A program made the position numbers and the translations under genes. This document shows, piece by piece, positions 12,120-24,737 of a DNA stretch of 64,000 nt (position 1 is the first letter of the stretch; each line of letters opens with the position of its first letter). The DNA lies in the NCBI GenBank assembly GCA_038087875.1, contig CM075997.1:7008001-7072000 (forward strand). Direction: 5' to 3'. This DNA is from Malacoraja senta. Taxonomy: Eukaryota. The notes under the pieces are model-generated. The model worked only from the letters and a program-made list of their open reading frames with translations. It was not told where the DNA came from and ran no database searches.

Positions 12120-12640
12120 AGAGAGCATGCTGACCGGTTGCATCGTGGCTTGGTTCGGCAACTTGAGCGCCCAGGAGCGAAAAGGACTACAAAAAGTAGT
12201 AAACACTGCCCAGTCCATCATCGGCTCTGACCTCCCTACCATCGAGGGGATCTATCACAGTCGCTGCCTCAAAAAGGCTGGCAGCATCATCAAGGACCCA
12301 CACCATCCTGGCCACACACTTATCTCTCCGCTACACTCAGGTAGAAGGTACAGGAGCCTGAGGACTGCAACGTCCAGGTTCAGGAATAGCTACTTCCCCA
12401 CAGCCATCAGGCTATTAAACTCAACTCAAACAAACTCTGAACATTAATAGCCCATTATCCGTTTATTTGCAATTTATCAGTTTATTTATTCATGTATATA
12501 TATATTTATATAATGGTATATGGACACACTGATCTGTTCTGTATTCATGTCTATTATATTCTGTTGTGCTGAAGCAAAGCAAGAATTTCATTGTCCTATC
12601 TGGGACACTTGACAATAAACTCACTTGAATCTTGTATCTT
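12120..12640 (+). mobile_element. Rex1/Babar-type LINE 3' fragment
   Basis: Peptide CIVAWFGN..LQKVVNTAQSIIG..IIKDPHHPGH..SGRRYRS..RFRNSYFPTAIRLLN; 3'UTR ending GACAATAAA plus short repeats. Confidence 0.8.
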
Positions 12641-12707
12641 GAGATTAAGGCTGAGAGGTTATTAAGGAATCTATCTCAAGTGAACAAATCACTTGGGATT
12701 AGTGCTT

Positions 12708-12992
12708 TAGACTTTAGAGACACAGCGCGGAAACAGGCACTTCGGCCCGCCAGGTCCGCGCCGACCAGCGATCCCCGTACGCTAGCAATATCCTACACAC
12801 CCTAGGGACATTTTACAATTGTTACCAAAGCAAATTCACCCACATACTTCAACGTTTTTGGAGTGTGGGAGGAAACCGGAGCACCCGGAGAAAACCCACG
12901 CAGGTCACGTACAAACGTACAAACGTCGAGACAGCACCCGTGGTCAGGATCGAACCTGGGTCTCTGGTGCTGTGAGGCAGCAGCTCTACTGC
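12708..12992 (-). mobile_element. HE1/V-SINE-like SINE
   Basis: Reverse complement of the SINE consensus at 11292. Confidence 0.8.
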
Positions 12993-13547
12993 TGATCTCC
13001 TTGAAAGGAATACTGACAGAGTCCCAGCACCAGAGGAGAATCCCCTCTCGTATCTCACACTTACCCAGGGTATAAGATAGTCACTCCTAAATGTCAAGAG
13101 AAAGGGCAGGCACAGTGTTGCAGCGGTAGAGTTGCTGCCTCACAGCGCCAGAGATCTGGGTTCAATTCTGATGATGAGCGCTGTCTGTACGGAGTTTGCA
13201 CGTTCTCCCCCTGACCTGCGTGGGTTTTCTCCAGGTGCTCCGGTTTCCTCCCTGGTGCGGACTCAGTGGGCCGAAGGGCCTGTTTCTGAAGACTGGGAAC
13301 CAGAGAGGAGGTGGAGGGGGTCGGCGATGGCAGTGGACAAGGAGCGATAGCTGCGCGCAAAAAAAAGAAGATAGACACAAACTGCTGGAGTAACTCAGCG
13401 GATCAGGAAATCTGAAGAAGGGTTCCGACCTGAAACGTCACCTAATTCCTTTTCTCCAGAGATGCTGCCCGGCCCGCTGAGTTACCACAGCATGTCTTCC
13501 GCGGAAAAAAAGAACCTCACTGTACCTTAATAATAGCGGAATCATTG

Positions 13548-13835
13548 AGGTGTACAAAATCATGAGAGGAATAGATCGGGTAGACGCACGGAGTCTCTTG
13601 CCCAGAGTAGGGGAATCGAGAACCAGAGGACATAGGTTTAAGGTGAAGTGGGCAAAGATTCAATAGGAATCTGAGGGGTAACCTTTTCACACAAAGGGCA
13701 GTGGGTGTATGGAACGAGCTGCCAGAGGAGGCAGTTGAGGCTGGGATTACCGCAACGTTTAAGAAACAGTTGGACAGGTACATGGATAGGACAGGTTTGG
13801 AGGGGTTTGGACCAAACGCGGGTGATGGGACTAGT
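13548..13835 (+). mobile_element. CR1 LINE 3' fragment
   Basis: Encodes an ESRTRGHRFKV..FFTQR..WNELP-like C-terminus. Confidence 0.75.
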
Positions 13836-13924
13836 GTAGGTTTAAGGTGAGGGGGGGAAGATTTAGTAGGAACCTGAGGGGTAACCTTTTCACGCAAAGG
13901 GTGAAAATCCTGGGTGCGGGGGGA

Positions 13925-14015
13925 CCCGTCCCCCCCATGTTTTGAGAGGTAGGGGACCTGTCCCCCCCATGTTTTGAGAGGTGGGGGACAATCCCCCCCC
14001 CCCATGTTTTGTGAA
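13925..14015. repeat. ~31-bp minisatellite, about 3 copies
   Basis: GTCCCCCCCATGTTTTGAGAGGT(A/G)GGGGAC-like unit repeated. Confidence 0.7.
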
Positions 14016-14304
14016 ACACGTCGCAGCAAAACCTCAGCCTCCGAAGTCAAGTCTCAGCTGCAACACCACCACAGCCTCCGAAGTCAGCCCGCTCCCTGAT
14101 GGTCAGTCCACAGGCTCTGCCACAGGAGCTCTCAAGGTCGATTCCGGATGGAGGCCGCCAGCTCCTAGAATCTAGCATCCCGGGACAAGCTGCAATTCCC
14201 AGGTCGGCTCGCCTGCCCCTGGACTGGCTGTGGCGCCCAGGTCACCTGCGTGCTCCGGGAATGGTTGCAGTTCCCAGGTCGCGAAAACGAATTGGAAAAG
14301 AAAT

Positions 14305-14373
14305 ATACGCCTGCGGGCCGGATGATTTTCGGGTTACGGATTCGGCTCGTGGGCCATAGGTTGCCGCCCCCTG
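14305..14373 (+). mobile_element. Probable hAT/Charlie-like terminal fragment
   Basis: GCGGGCCGGAT subterminal motif and GGTTGCCGCCCCCTG end followed by TCCTAGAT; partner TIR not found. Confidence 0.45.
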
Positions 14374-15123
14374 TCCTAGATGTTAGGCCTCATTGTGTCC
14401 CCCCCCCCCCCTGCCACGTTTAAAAAGCGATTTCCGGAAGGTAGTTGAGTCAGGTACTATCGCTACATTTAAGAAACATTTAGACAGGTACGCGGATAGG
14501 ACATGTTTAAAGGGATACGGGCCAAACGCGGGCGGGTGGGAGTAGTGTAGATGGGGCACAAAAAACTGGAGTAACTCAGCGGATCTGACAGCATCTCAGG
14601 AGGTAAGGAATAGTTGACGAGGGGACTAGTGTAGATGGGGCATGTTGGTCGGTGTGGGCAAGTTGGGCAAGTTTACACACTGCATGACTCTATGACTTGG
14701 TCAATCACCTTCGTTCTGGCTTTAAGACCAAACCTTTGAAGATGGAGTAGGGTGGGTGGTGGGGAAAGAATGCGTACAAAGACCCCATGAATTATATTTC
14801 AGCGTGTACTGCAGAGCGGGCCAACTTAATATACATTGTTAAAAAGAGAGATGGCTCTAATCAGGTAATTACTGCTGATTAGTTCAGCATCAGCAGCTCA
14901 GGACAATTTGGGAGCCGTTAATTAAGGATGAAATTGCCACGTTATGAAGATTGGGGGAAATAGAAATAACTGACGATGATTTGAAAAGAAATGATCATGC
15001 TTGACTAAACTTCCGGAACAATCGAAGGAGATAACTTGCGCAGTAGATGAGGAAAGTGGTTTGTGTAGGAAGGAACTGCAGATGCTGGTTTAAACAAAAG
15101 ATAGACACAAAAAGCAGGAGTAA

Positions 15124-15298
15124 AGGGCCTGTCACTTGGCCGCCATTTGCGCGTAATTTACGCGACATCATTTACGCGTCACGACGCACGACGAGCGCAC
15201 GGTGCGCATTACGAGCGCATGGTGCGTGCTGCCGCCTCACCACGCGCCAACCAATTTTCAGGATGTCGCGCAAATGACGCCCAAGTGGGACAGGCCCT
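15124..15298. mobile_element. PIF/Harbinger-like MITE
   Basis: AGGGCCTGTCACTTGG ... CCAAGTGGGACAGGCCCT, preceded by TAA. Confidence 0.75.
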
Positions 15299-15461
15299 TC
15301 ACACTCTGTGTTATCCCCAACCTCTCTCAGGCTTACTAACCATGGTTTATGTCTAGAGGCACAGCACGGAAACAGCCCCTTCGGCCCGCCGAGTCCACGC
15401 CGACCATCGATCACCCGTTCACACTAGCTCTCCATCATCCCACTTAATCATCCACTCCCTT

Positions 15462-15489
15462 CTGAAGAAGGGTCTCGACCCGAAACGTC
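15462..15489 (+). ncRNA. Minimal hammerhead-ribozyme-like motif in a Penelope-type terminal repeat fragment
   Basis: CTGAAGA-A-GGGT(CTCG)ACCC-GAAA-CGTC; stem I weak or absent. Confidence 0.45.
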
Positions 15490-15977
15490 ACCCATTCCTT
15501 TTCTCCAGAGATGCTGCCTGTCCCGCTGAGTTACTCCAGCATTTTGTGTCTATCTTCGGTTTAAACCAGCATCTGCAGTTCCTTCCAATACCCTTCATAC
15601 AAAGTTTGTACGTTCTCCCCGTGACCTGCGTGGGTTTTCTCTGGGTGCTCTGGTTTCCTCCCGCAGTCCAAAGACATATAGGTTTACTGGCTAATTGGCT
15701 TGGTATAATTGTAAAATTGTCCCGTGTGTGTAAGATATTGTAAGTGTATGGGGTGGTCGCTGGTCGGCGTGGACTTGCTGGGCCCAAGGGCCTGTTTCTG
15801 CGCTGTATCTCTAAAGTTCCTGTGGATCATGTTTCTCTAAGGCCTGTGGATGTGATTACCCACTTATGCTGACAGATTCATCCTGTGGGTGTGGTAGATA
15901 TTACTCAGTTCCTATCGTTATTCAGCACCTACATGGAAAATAAAAAAGCAACTGCTCTCATCACTGTTAAAGGTCAT

Positions 15978-17120
15978 TGAGTCAATAAGTCATACAGCGT
16001 GGAAACAGGCCTTCGGCCCAACTTGCCCACACCGGCCAACATCTCCCATTTACACCAGTCCCACCTGCCCGCGTTTGGCCCATATCCCACCAAACCTGTC
16101 ATATCCATGTACCTGTCTAACTGTTTCTTAAACGTTGCCTCGTAGGAGCAAAGAGGTCCTTCTGCAGTTGTACAGAGCACGAGTGAGACCACACCTGGAG
16201 TATTGTGTGCAGTTTTGGTCCCCTAATTTGAGGAAGGACATTCTTGCTATTGAGGGAGTGCAGCGTAGGTTTACAAGGTTAATTTCCGGGATGGCGGGAC
16301 TGTCATTTGCTGAGAGAATGGAGCAGCTGGGCTTGTACACTCTGGAGTTCAGAAGGATGAGAGGGATTCTCATTGAAACATATAAGATTGTTAAGGGTTT
16401 GGACACGCTAGAGGCAGGAAACATGTTCACGATGTTGGGGGAGTCCAGAACCAGGGGCCACAGTTTAAGAATAAGGAGTAAGCCATTTAGAACGGAGACG
16501 AGGAAACACTTTTTCTCACAGAGAGTGGTGAGTCTGTGGAATTCTCTGCCTCAGAGGGCGGTGGAGGCAGGTTCTCTGGATGCTTTCAAGAGAGAGCTAG
16601 ATAGGGCTCTTAAAAATAGCTGAGTAAGGGGATATGGGGAGAAGGCAGGAATGGGGTACTGATTGGGGATGATCAGCCATGATCACATTGAATAGCGGTG
16701 CTGGCTCAAAGGGCCGAATGGCCTACTCCTGCACCTATTGTCTATTGGCTATTGCCTCAACTACCTCCTCTGGCCGCTCATTCCATGCACCCACCATCTT
16801 TGTGTGAAAAGGTTACCGCTCAGATTCCTATTGTCTTCTCCCCTTCACCTTAAACCTATGTCCTCTGGTCCTCGATTCCCCTACTCTGGGCAATCCGATC
16901 TGTTCCTCTCATGATTTTATACACCTCTCTAAGATCACCCCTCATCCTCCTGCGCTCCAAGGAATAGAGTCTCAGCCTACTCAACATCTCCCTATAGCTC
17001 AGATGCTCGAGTTCTGGAAATATCTACCCTGTACCCTTTCCAGCTTGGCAACATCTTTCCTATAACACGGTGCCCAGAACTGAACGCAATACTCCAAATG
17101 CAGCCTCACCAACGTCTTAT
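15978..17120 (-). mobile_element. CR1 LINE 3' fragment, interrupted by an opposite-strand CR1
   Basis: Minus-strand CR1 at 15978-16140 resumes at ~16753; TTGCCTC occurs on both sides of the insert. Confidence 0.7.
16141..16752 (+). mobile_element. CR1 LINE 3' fragment with microsatellite tail
   Basis: [54 protein letters not shown]; (CTATTGT)n-like tail. Confidence 0.9.
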
Positions 17121-17129
17121 TCATTAAAT

Positions 17130-17770
17130 GCACTGGAATTTAGAAGGATGAGAGGGGATAGAAACATAGAAACATAGAAAATAGGTGCAGGAGGAGGCCA
17201 TTCGGCCCTTCGAGCCAGCACCGCCATTCATTGTGATCATGGTTGATCGTCCCCTATCAATAAGCCGTGCCTGCCTTCTCCCCATATCCCTTGACTCCAC
17301 TAGCCCTTGACTCCACTAGACTCCACTAGCCCCTAGAGCTCTATCTAACTCTCTCTTAAATCCATCCATCCATCCATCCATCCAGGGATCTTATAGAAAC
17401 ATTTAAAATTCTTAAGGGATTGTAGATGCAGGAAAAATGTTCCCCATGTTGGAGGAGTCCTGGACCAGGGGTCACAGTTTAAGAATAAGGGGTCGGCCAT
17501 TTAGGACTGAGATGAGGAAAAAGATTTCCACCCAGAGAGTTGTGAATCTGTGGAATTCTCTGCCCCAGAAGGCAGTGGAGGCCAATTCACTGGATGTATT
17601 CTAGAGAGAGTTAGATACAGCTCTTAAGGGTAACGGAATCAAGGGATATGGGGAGAAAGCAGGAACGGGGTACTGATTCTAGATGATTAGCTATGATCAT
17701 ATTGAATGGCAGTGCTGGCTCGAAGGGCCGAATGGCCTACTCCTGCACCTATTGTCTATGTTTTCTATAT
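17130..17770 (+). mobile_element. CR1 3' fragment with a nested inverted CR1 tail (~17160-17365)
   Basis: Same CR1 C-terminal and UTR sequence as other copies. Confidence 0.7.
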
Positions 17771-18122
17771 TATACAACTGCAACATGACCTCCCTACTTC
17801 AATACTTTGACGGGTCACAAAAACAAAATGATGGAAATTTTGCAGGACTTCTCTTGAATTCACATCATCCATTCATCGGAACTGTCACGGTCCGCGTCTT
17901 AGGACACGGCATCTTCGGATCTATTGCGGAGGCTTATGTGGTCCTTGTTAATCCCAGAGATGTGGCTGCTTTTAGCGGAAGCTTCACAGAGGAGATCAGA
18001 TTGTGCTTTTCTGCAAAGTCTTGACGCAACCTTTCTCCACACCCGGTTGTAGGAAAGATGTCGTTAAACTGAAACGGGTGCGGAGAGGATTCACGAGGAA
18101 GTTGCCTGACCTGCAGGGGGAG

Positions 18123-18630
18123 TTTTTTTTTCTTTTTCTTTTTTTTAATCAAAAAATGTATTCAATTATTAAAAAATAATATTTACACTACAATAAAACT
18201 AGCCAGAACCCACCACCATAATACAATACAAACATATATCCTAAATAAACGACTATACAACTATGTTACACTCCTTATTGAGGATGCATTCAACACCCTG
18301 CGGTCCCGGAACTCCCCCAGGGTGCCCGTGGACAGGGCGTATTCCCTCTCTAACCGCACCCGGGCACGGACGTATCCGCGGAAAAGGGGCAGGCAGCCGG
18401 CTCGGGTAGAGCCCTCCACCGCCTGGCGCCTTGACTCACGGATGGCCAGCTTGGCCAGGCCCAGGAGCAACCCAACCAGGACATCTTCAGCCCCTCCCCT
18501 CTCCCCTACGCACAGGGTGTCCACAGATGAGGACGGTGGGTGAGAAATGCAGCCAGAAGGCAAGGAGCAGCCCCTCTAGGTATTCAAACAGTGGCTGCAG
18601 CCTCACGCACTCCATGCACACGTGGTACAC
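18123..18630 (-). mobile_element. Tx1/L1-clade LINE 3' fragment with poly(A)
   Basis: VYHVCMECVRLQPLF..LLLGLAKLAIRESRR..LFRGYVRARVRLE C-terminal motifs; T-run at 18123-18147. Confidence 0.75.
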
Positions 18631-18662
18631 AGCAGGGAGAGGTTTTGGCAGGCTCGGACTTA

Positions 18663-18987
18663 AGGGCCTGCCCCACTTGGCCGTCATTTGCGCGCCATTT
18701 ACGCGACCTCCAAAAATGTGGTCGTCGCGTTGTGACGCGCGGGCAGCGTGTGGGTAGCGCGGGACGGGCGCATGGAGAGGCGTGGAGGAGGGTGGAGTTG
18801 CGCACGGTATCGCTGCACGAAATCCTCGCGCGCCACCTGCGTGACGTATCGCGTACGCACGCTGGCGTCCCGATGTCTCACATGTATCGCGTGGTGACGC
18901 ATGGTTACGTCACCGTGCGTAACCATGCGTCGCACGTAACGATGCATCGACCTATTTTACATATGACGGCCAAGTGGGACAGGCCCT
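18663..18987. mobile_element. PIF/Harbinger-like MITE
   Basis: TTA|AGGGCCTGCCCCACTTGGCCGTCAT ... ATGACGGCCAAGTGGGACAGGCCCT|TTA. Confidence 0.85.
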
Positions 18988-20134
18988 TTAATCCCGTGGA
19001 GGGGTGATATTGAGTTGAATAGATAGGGTGAATGCACAGATTTTTCAAACAGAGCAGGGGAATCGAGAACACAAGGATCATAGATTTAAGGTGAGGGTGG
19101 GGGGGAGAGAGAGATTTAATAGATACCTGAGGGGAAACAGGCAGCCATCTCTGGGTCCCGCTCTACCACCCACCAAATGGAGCTCAGGGCCTGGCAGACA
19201 TTGACACAGAGACAACAACCTGGCTGCTCAACACCCGGCTTCAGATCTAACTATTCCTTTGGTTTATTTATGTTTCATTCGCAAGAAGAAGAAGGGACAA
19301 TGTGTTTTTTTACATTGAGGTTGGTAGTTATGTGGAACGAGTTACCAGGCGAGGTATTTGAAGCAGGTAATATTGTAAAAGTTCACTTAAAAAGATAGAC
19401 AAAGTACAAATTCTTAAGACCATACAAAGCTTTAATTTAACGTCTGACGGGTGTGGACCTAGAGACCCAGAGGCAACAGTTTTACCTCTGAATACTCCAG
19501 CAGCACACACAAAGAAATACCAGAAAACCGGGGTTTATATACCTACAGACATAATACCAATTGCATGAGGTAATGTACCAGAAACCATCAGCCACCTCCA
19601 AATATGAAGTTGTTTTTCACTCTTTGCCAAAAGCCAGTCATCCCAATGGCATCCTCTGGCCCCTTCTTATCTGATTAACCTCTTCAGCTTACACAGAAAA
19701 ACTTGTAAGAGAGCTGTGAACTATTCAACTTACATAAGAAAAAAACCTTGTCATGATGATTTGGCCAAATCCCATCATGCAATACAATTAGCTTTTTACA
19801 ACAGGAATGCTTAAATATGACAACAATCATAACTTAATAACTAACTCTTTCAATATTACAATGTTTAAAAAACATTCGGACAGGTGCTTGGATTTAGAGG
19901 GATATGGGCCAAACGCAGGCTGGAACTATTGTAGATGGGGCATGTTGGTCGGCATGGCAAGTTGTGCCGAAGGGCCTGTTTCCACGCTGTATGACTCTAC
20001 AGAAATGAGTAATCGAATAATGTACGGTAGACAAAAATGCTGGAGAAACTCAGCGGGTGAGGCAGCCTCTGTGGAGTGAAGGAATAGATGATGTTTCGGG
20101 TTGAGACCCTTCTCCAATAATGTTTAACTCCCTT

Positions 20135-20425
20135 TAGACTTTAGAGATAGCGCTAAAACAGGCCCTTCGGTGTCTGTGCCAACTAGCGGTCACCCCGTTC
20201 ACTAACACTATCCTACACCAGGGACAACTTACAATGACACCAAGCCAATTAACCTACAGACCTGCACGTCTTTGGAGTGTGGGGGGGGGGGGGAACCGGA
20301 GCACCCGGAGGAAACCCACGCAGAATGTGCAAACTCCGTACAGACAGCGCCCGCAGCCAGGATCGAACCTGGGTCTCCGGCGCTGTGAGGCAGCAACTCT
20401 ACCGCTGCGCCACCCTGCCGCCTGT
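20135..20425 (-). mobile_element. HE1/V-SINE-like SINE
   Basis: Reverse complement of the SINE consensus. Confidence 0.8.
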
Positions 20426-21068
20426 CCCTCTACTCTCAATTAAAATGTCCACAGGTTTTTCTTTTGAAACACTTATCCAGTTCACCCGCTGAAGGGTCGA
20501 TTTGAAACAGTCTGCACCAACCTTTACAGACGTGACTTCCAGACGGTAACGACTAGTTGAACGAGATAACTCACCTTGTCCCACTGAGAGATCTTGAGAC
20601 CGTAAGATAGACACAAAAAGCTAGGTCAGACATCATCTCTGTGGTCGGGATGGAACCCCGGTCTGTGACGCTGCAAGCGCTGTAAGGCAGCAACTCTACC
20701 GTTGCGACTCCGTACCGTACCAAGGTGAGGAGAGGCTGATGGAAGGTCAGGGTGACTGGAGACCAACGATAATCAATGCAGAGACACAGACCAGAGAAAG
20801 TCTTCTTCTTCTTCTTGCGTATGGCGTGTACAGCCTAAAGTTGTAGGACAACTTGTTCTATTTGATGTTATTAGAGTTTGCACGCCAGGCTGATTGCATT
20901 CGTCGAAACAGGGCGGACCACGTGAAGGTTGCAATCTCCCGCCCCCAGAGAAAGAGTCAGAGAGTGATACAGCGTGGAAACAGGCCATTCGTCCCATCTA
21001 CACTAGTCCCACCCGCCTGCCTTTGGCCCATATCCCGCCAAACCTATCCAATCCATGTACCTGTCTAA

Positions 21069-21398
21069 TAGCCCTGTCCCACGGTACGAGGTCATTCCAA
21101 GAGCTCTCCCGAGTTTGCCCTGATTCGAACTCGGAGATTTACGGTAATGGCCGCTCGTCGGTACTCGGGGCTCTCGTGGACATTTTTCATCATGTTGAAA
21201 AATCTTCATGAGACTTCCCGTGCTTACCTGCCATTAGCGAGTCTTCCCGAGCATCTGCCGTTAGCGTTACGAGCCGCTGAGATACGTCCCCGAGCTCCGA
21301 CGTACCCGCTACGTTCATTCTCCGTGCTTACCACGAGTTTGATTTTTTTTAAACTCGGGAGAGCTCTTGGAATGAACTCGTACAGTGGGACAGGGCTT
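21069..21398. mobile_element. PIF/Harbinger-like MITE, same subfamily as 50413-50735 in opposite orientation
   Basis: AGCCCTGTCCCACGGTACGAG ... CTCGTACAGTGGGACAGGGCT with TAA/TTA flanks. Confidence 0.8.
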
Positions 21399-21787
21399 TT
21401 ACAGTTTCTTAAAAAGTTAGGATAGTCCCAGCCTCCTCTGGCAGCAGAGATGATGTCTGTGTCGTGCTGTGGGAGGGAGGAAGAATCAACATGAGCAACT
21501 GAAAGTGAAGCACGGAACATAGCGGTGTTAATTAAAGGCTCTGATGAATTTCTGCTCGCTTGAACAGAGGGGGAAAGTGGGGCACAGTAAAGAGAAAGCT
21601 GACGAGGACACAAGTACACAGACTGGTTAATGGCTGAGATATATTAGAGGGAGGCTCGGGAGTGAGGTCTCACCGCGTGAGATGGGAATCAGAGATTGAA
21701 ATCAACTGCGAGACCATCTAGTTTGTTACGGTTAGGAGGCTTACAGTCACATTACATGTGAAGCACGCAGAGAGCAGGAACTGTGTG

Positions 21788-21982
21788 GAGTGAGAGAGAG
21801 AGAGTGAGAGAGAGAAAGAAGGAGAGAGAGAAGGAGAGAGAGAAGGAGAGAGAGGGTGAGAGAGGGAGAGAGAGGGACAGAGAAGGGATGGAGAGAAGGA
21901 AAGAGCGGGAGAGAGGGGGAAGAGGGAGAGGGAGGGAGAGAGAGAGGGAGAGAGAGAGAGAGAGGGGAGAGAAGGAGAGAGG

Positions 21983-22016
<34 letters not shown>

Positions 22017-22040
22017 GGGCGAAAGAGAGGGGGGAGAAGA
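21788..22040. repeat. (GA)n-rich polypurine tract
   Basis: Degenerate GA/GGA microsatellite. Confidence 0.9.
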
Positions 22041-22232
22041 GGAAGTGGCCGGGGTGCGACTGGTCCTTGATGATGCTGCTGGCCTTGCCGAGGCAGCGTG
22101 AGGTGTAGATGGAGTCAATGGAAGGGAGGTCGGTTTGTGTGATGGTCTGGGCTGCGTCCACAATTCGCTGTAATTTCTTGTGGTCCTGGATGGAGCTGTT
22201 CCCGAACCAAGCTGTGATGCCTCCCGATAAAA
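22035..22232 (-). mobile_element. Rex1/Babar fragment
   Basis: AAQTITQTDLPSIDSIYTSRCLGKASSIIKDQSHPGH. Confidence 0.75.
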
Positions 22233-22824
22233 TTAAACCAGCATCTGCAGTCCCTCCCTACCTTCATGCTTCCAACTCCTGTATGTCTGGCTCGATAAAT
22301 TCTCAGTAATTTATGGCGGACCATGAATTCAGTGCAAACATTTGTTGTATACAAGGGCCGTCTGACCCAGATGATATAAAACCCTGTAGTGATGGACATT
22401 AATATTCCCTTTTGACAATGATCCAACAAGTGGTTCTTTCTGAAGGCAATCTCGGAGCTGGCAGGACCTGTGGTCATTGTCCCAAAGATGGCAGCTGGTT
22501 CTCAGTTTAATCAGCACCTTCAAAACAAAATACACTCGATAATCTTCATCAGCGGACCCCTCTGTATCTCTGGCTCCGAGCTCCTGCAGCAGTCATCAAT
22601 CTGAGGGAAGGAATGAGTGGGAAGGAAGAAGGAACTGCAGGTGCTGGTTTACACCGAAGACGGACACAAAATGCTGGAGTAACTCAGCGGGACAGGCAGC
22701 ATCGCTGGAAAGAAGGGACACTCAGTCTGAAGAAAGGTCACCTATTTCTTCTCTCCAGAATGGGTGACATTTCAGGTCGGGACCCTTCCTCAGACTCAGT
22801 CTGAATGACTGTACATGACTCTAG

Positions 22825-23425
22825 ACAATAGACAATAGACAATAGGTGCAGGAGTAGGCCATTCGGCCCTTCGAGCCAGCATTCAATGTGACCATGGCTG
22901 ATCATCCCCAATCAGTACCCCGTTCCTGCCTTCTCCCCATATCCCTTGATTCCGCTATCTTTAAGAGCTCTGTCTAACTCTCTCTTGAAAGCATCCAGAA
23001 AACCAGCCTCCACCAAAAAGTTTTTCCTCATCTCCGTTCTAAATGGCTTACCCCTTATTCTTAAACTGTGGCCCCTAGTTCTGGACTCCCCTAACATCGG
23101 TAACATGTTTTCTGCCTCTAGCGTGTCCAAACCCTTAATAATCTTATATGTTTCAATGAGATGCCCTCTCATCCTTCTAAACTCCAGATGTGTACAAGCC
23201 CAGTCGCTCCATTCTATCAACATATGACAGTCCTGCCATCCCGGGAATTAAGCTGGTGAACCTACGCTGCAATCCCTCAATAGCAAGAATGTCGTTCCTC
23301 AAATTGGGAGACCAAATCTACACACAATACTCCAGGTGTGGTCTCACTAGGGCCCTGTACAACTGCAGAAGGACCTCTTTGCTCCTATATTAAACTTCTC
23401 TTGTTATGAAGGCCAACATGCCAAT
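22825..23425 (-). mobile_element. CR1 LINE 3' fragment
   Basis: [28 protein letters not shown]; (GACAATA)n tail on plus strand. Confidence 0.85.
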
Positions 23426-23779
23426 TGCTTTGTGGACTACGAGGCAGTACATAATGTCTGGTGCTGACAAAGTTATAGAAGTTGACCAAACATTCCTATC
23501 TAATGCCTGCTGCCGCACATGGCTGCAGCCCCCCCCCCCCCCCCCTTCTGGGCCCCTCTTAGTTCTCCAAGGCCCCCCACTGGGACCCTCCCTTGTTCTT
23601 GAATGTCCACCTTGCTCTCGACAAACCAAACACTCCACCTCGCTCCCGGGTCCCTCCTTACGGTCGGAGATGCGGGTCCCAGTGGCAGCGGTGGCTCGGG
23701 GCCGAGTTCGCAGTCAGCGGTGGGCGAGCCGGTACGACCGGCGGGTCCCCGTTCTGCGACGGGGAAACCGGGCCTGATT

Positions 23780-24050
23780 CAGTTTAGTTTAGTTTAGTTT
23801 AGAGATGCCGCGCGGAAACCGGCCCTTCGGCCCATCGACCAGCGATCCCAGCACACTAACACCATCCTACACACACTAGGGACAATTTACACTTACACCA
23901 AGCCAACCAACCTACAAACCTGCACGTCTTTGGAGTGCGGGAGGAAACCGAAGATCTCGGAGGAAATCCACGCAGGTCACGGGGAGAACGTGCAAACTCC
24001 GTACAGACAGCACCCGTAGTCGGGATCGAACCCGGGTCTCTGGCGCTGTG
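23780..24050 (-). mobile_element. HE1/V-SINE-like SINE with (CTAAA)n tail
   Basis: SINE consensus; (GTTTA)n at ~23782-23802. Confidence 0.8.
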
Positions 24051-24237
24051 TCTATCTTCTTAAGCCTGGGATCTGCAGAGCAGTGACCCTCTAGTCCTTA
24101 GCAAGGGGTAGAGGAGTCTAGAACGAGAGGATGTAGGCTTAAAGTGAAAGGAGGAACATGTAAAAGGGGCTGGAGAGGCAACTTTTCTCACACTGGCAGT
24201 GGTTCACACACGGGACGAGCTGCCAGGCCGAATGTGC

Positions 24238-24737
24238 GGCATGGTGGCGTAGCGGCTGAGTTGCTGCCTCACAGCGCCAGAGACCCGGGTTCGACCCTGA
24301 CTACGGGTGCTGTCTGTACGGAGTTTGTACGTTCACCCCTGTGACCTGCGTGGCTTTTCTCCGAGATCTTCGGTTTCCTACCACACTCCAAAGACAATAG
24401 ACAATGGACAATAGGTGCAGGAGTAGGCCATTCGGCCCTTCGAGCCAGCACCGCCATTCAATGTGATCATGGCTGATCATCCCCAATCAGTACCCCGTTC
24501 CTGCCTTCTCCCCATATCCCCTGACTCCGCTATCTTTAAGAGCCCTATCTAGCTCTCTCTTGAAAGTATCCAGAGAACCTGCCTCCACCGCCCTCTGAGA
24601 CAGTGGAGGCTGTACAGATTTGCAGGTAAATCGACGTGGTATAATTGTAAATCGGCCCCAAAAGGTAGTGGGCTGGTCGGTGCGGACTCGGTGGGCCGAA
24701 GGGCCTGTTTCCGTGCTGTATCTCTAAACTGAACTAA
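24238..24737 (+). mobile_element. SINE interrupted by an inverted CR1 tail (~24393-24600)
   Basis: SINE head and tail flank a (GACAATA)-tailed CR1 3'UTR. Confidence 0.75.

Noticed and set aside
22329..22605. Minus-strand exon after CCCTCAG
   Set aside because: In-frame stop just after the putative acceptor and no recognisable protein
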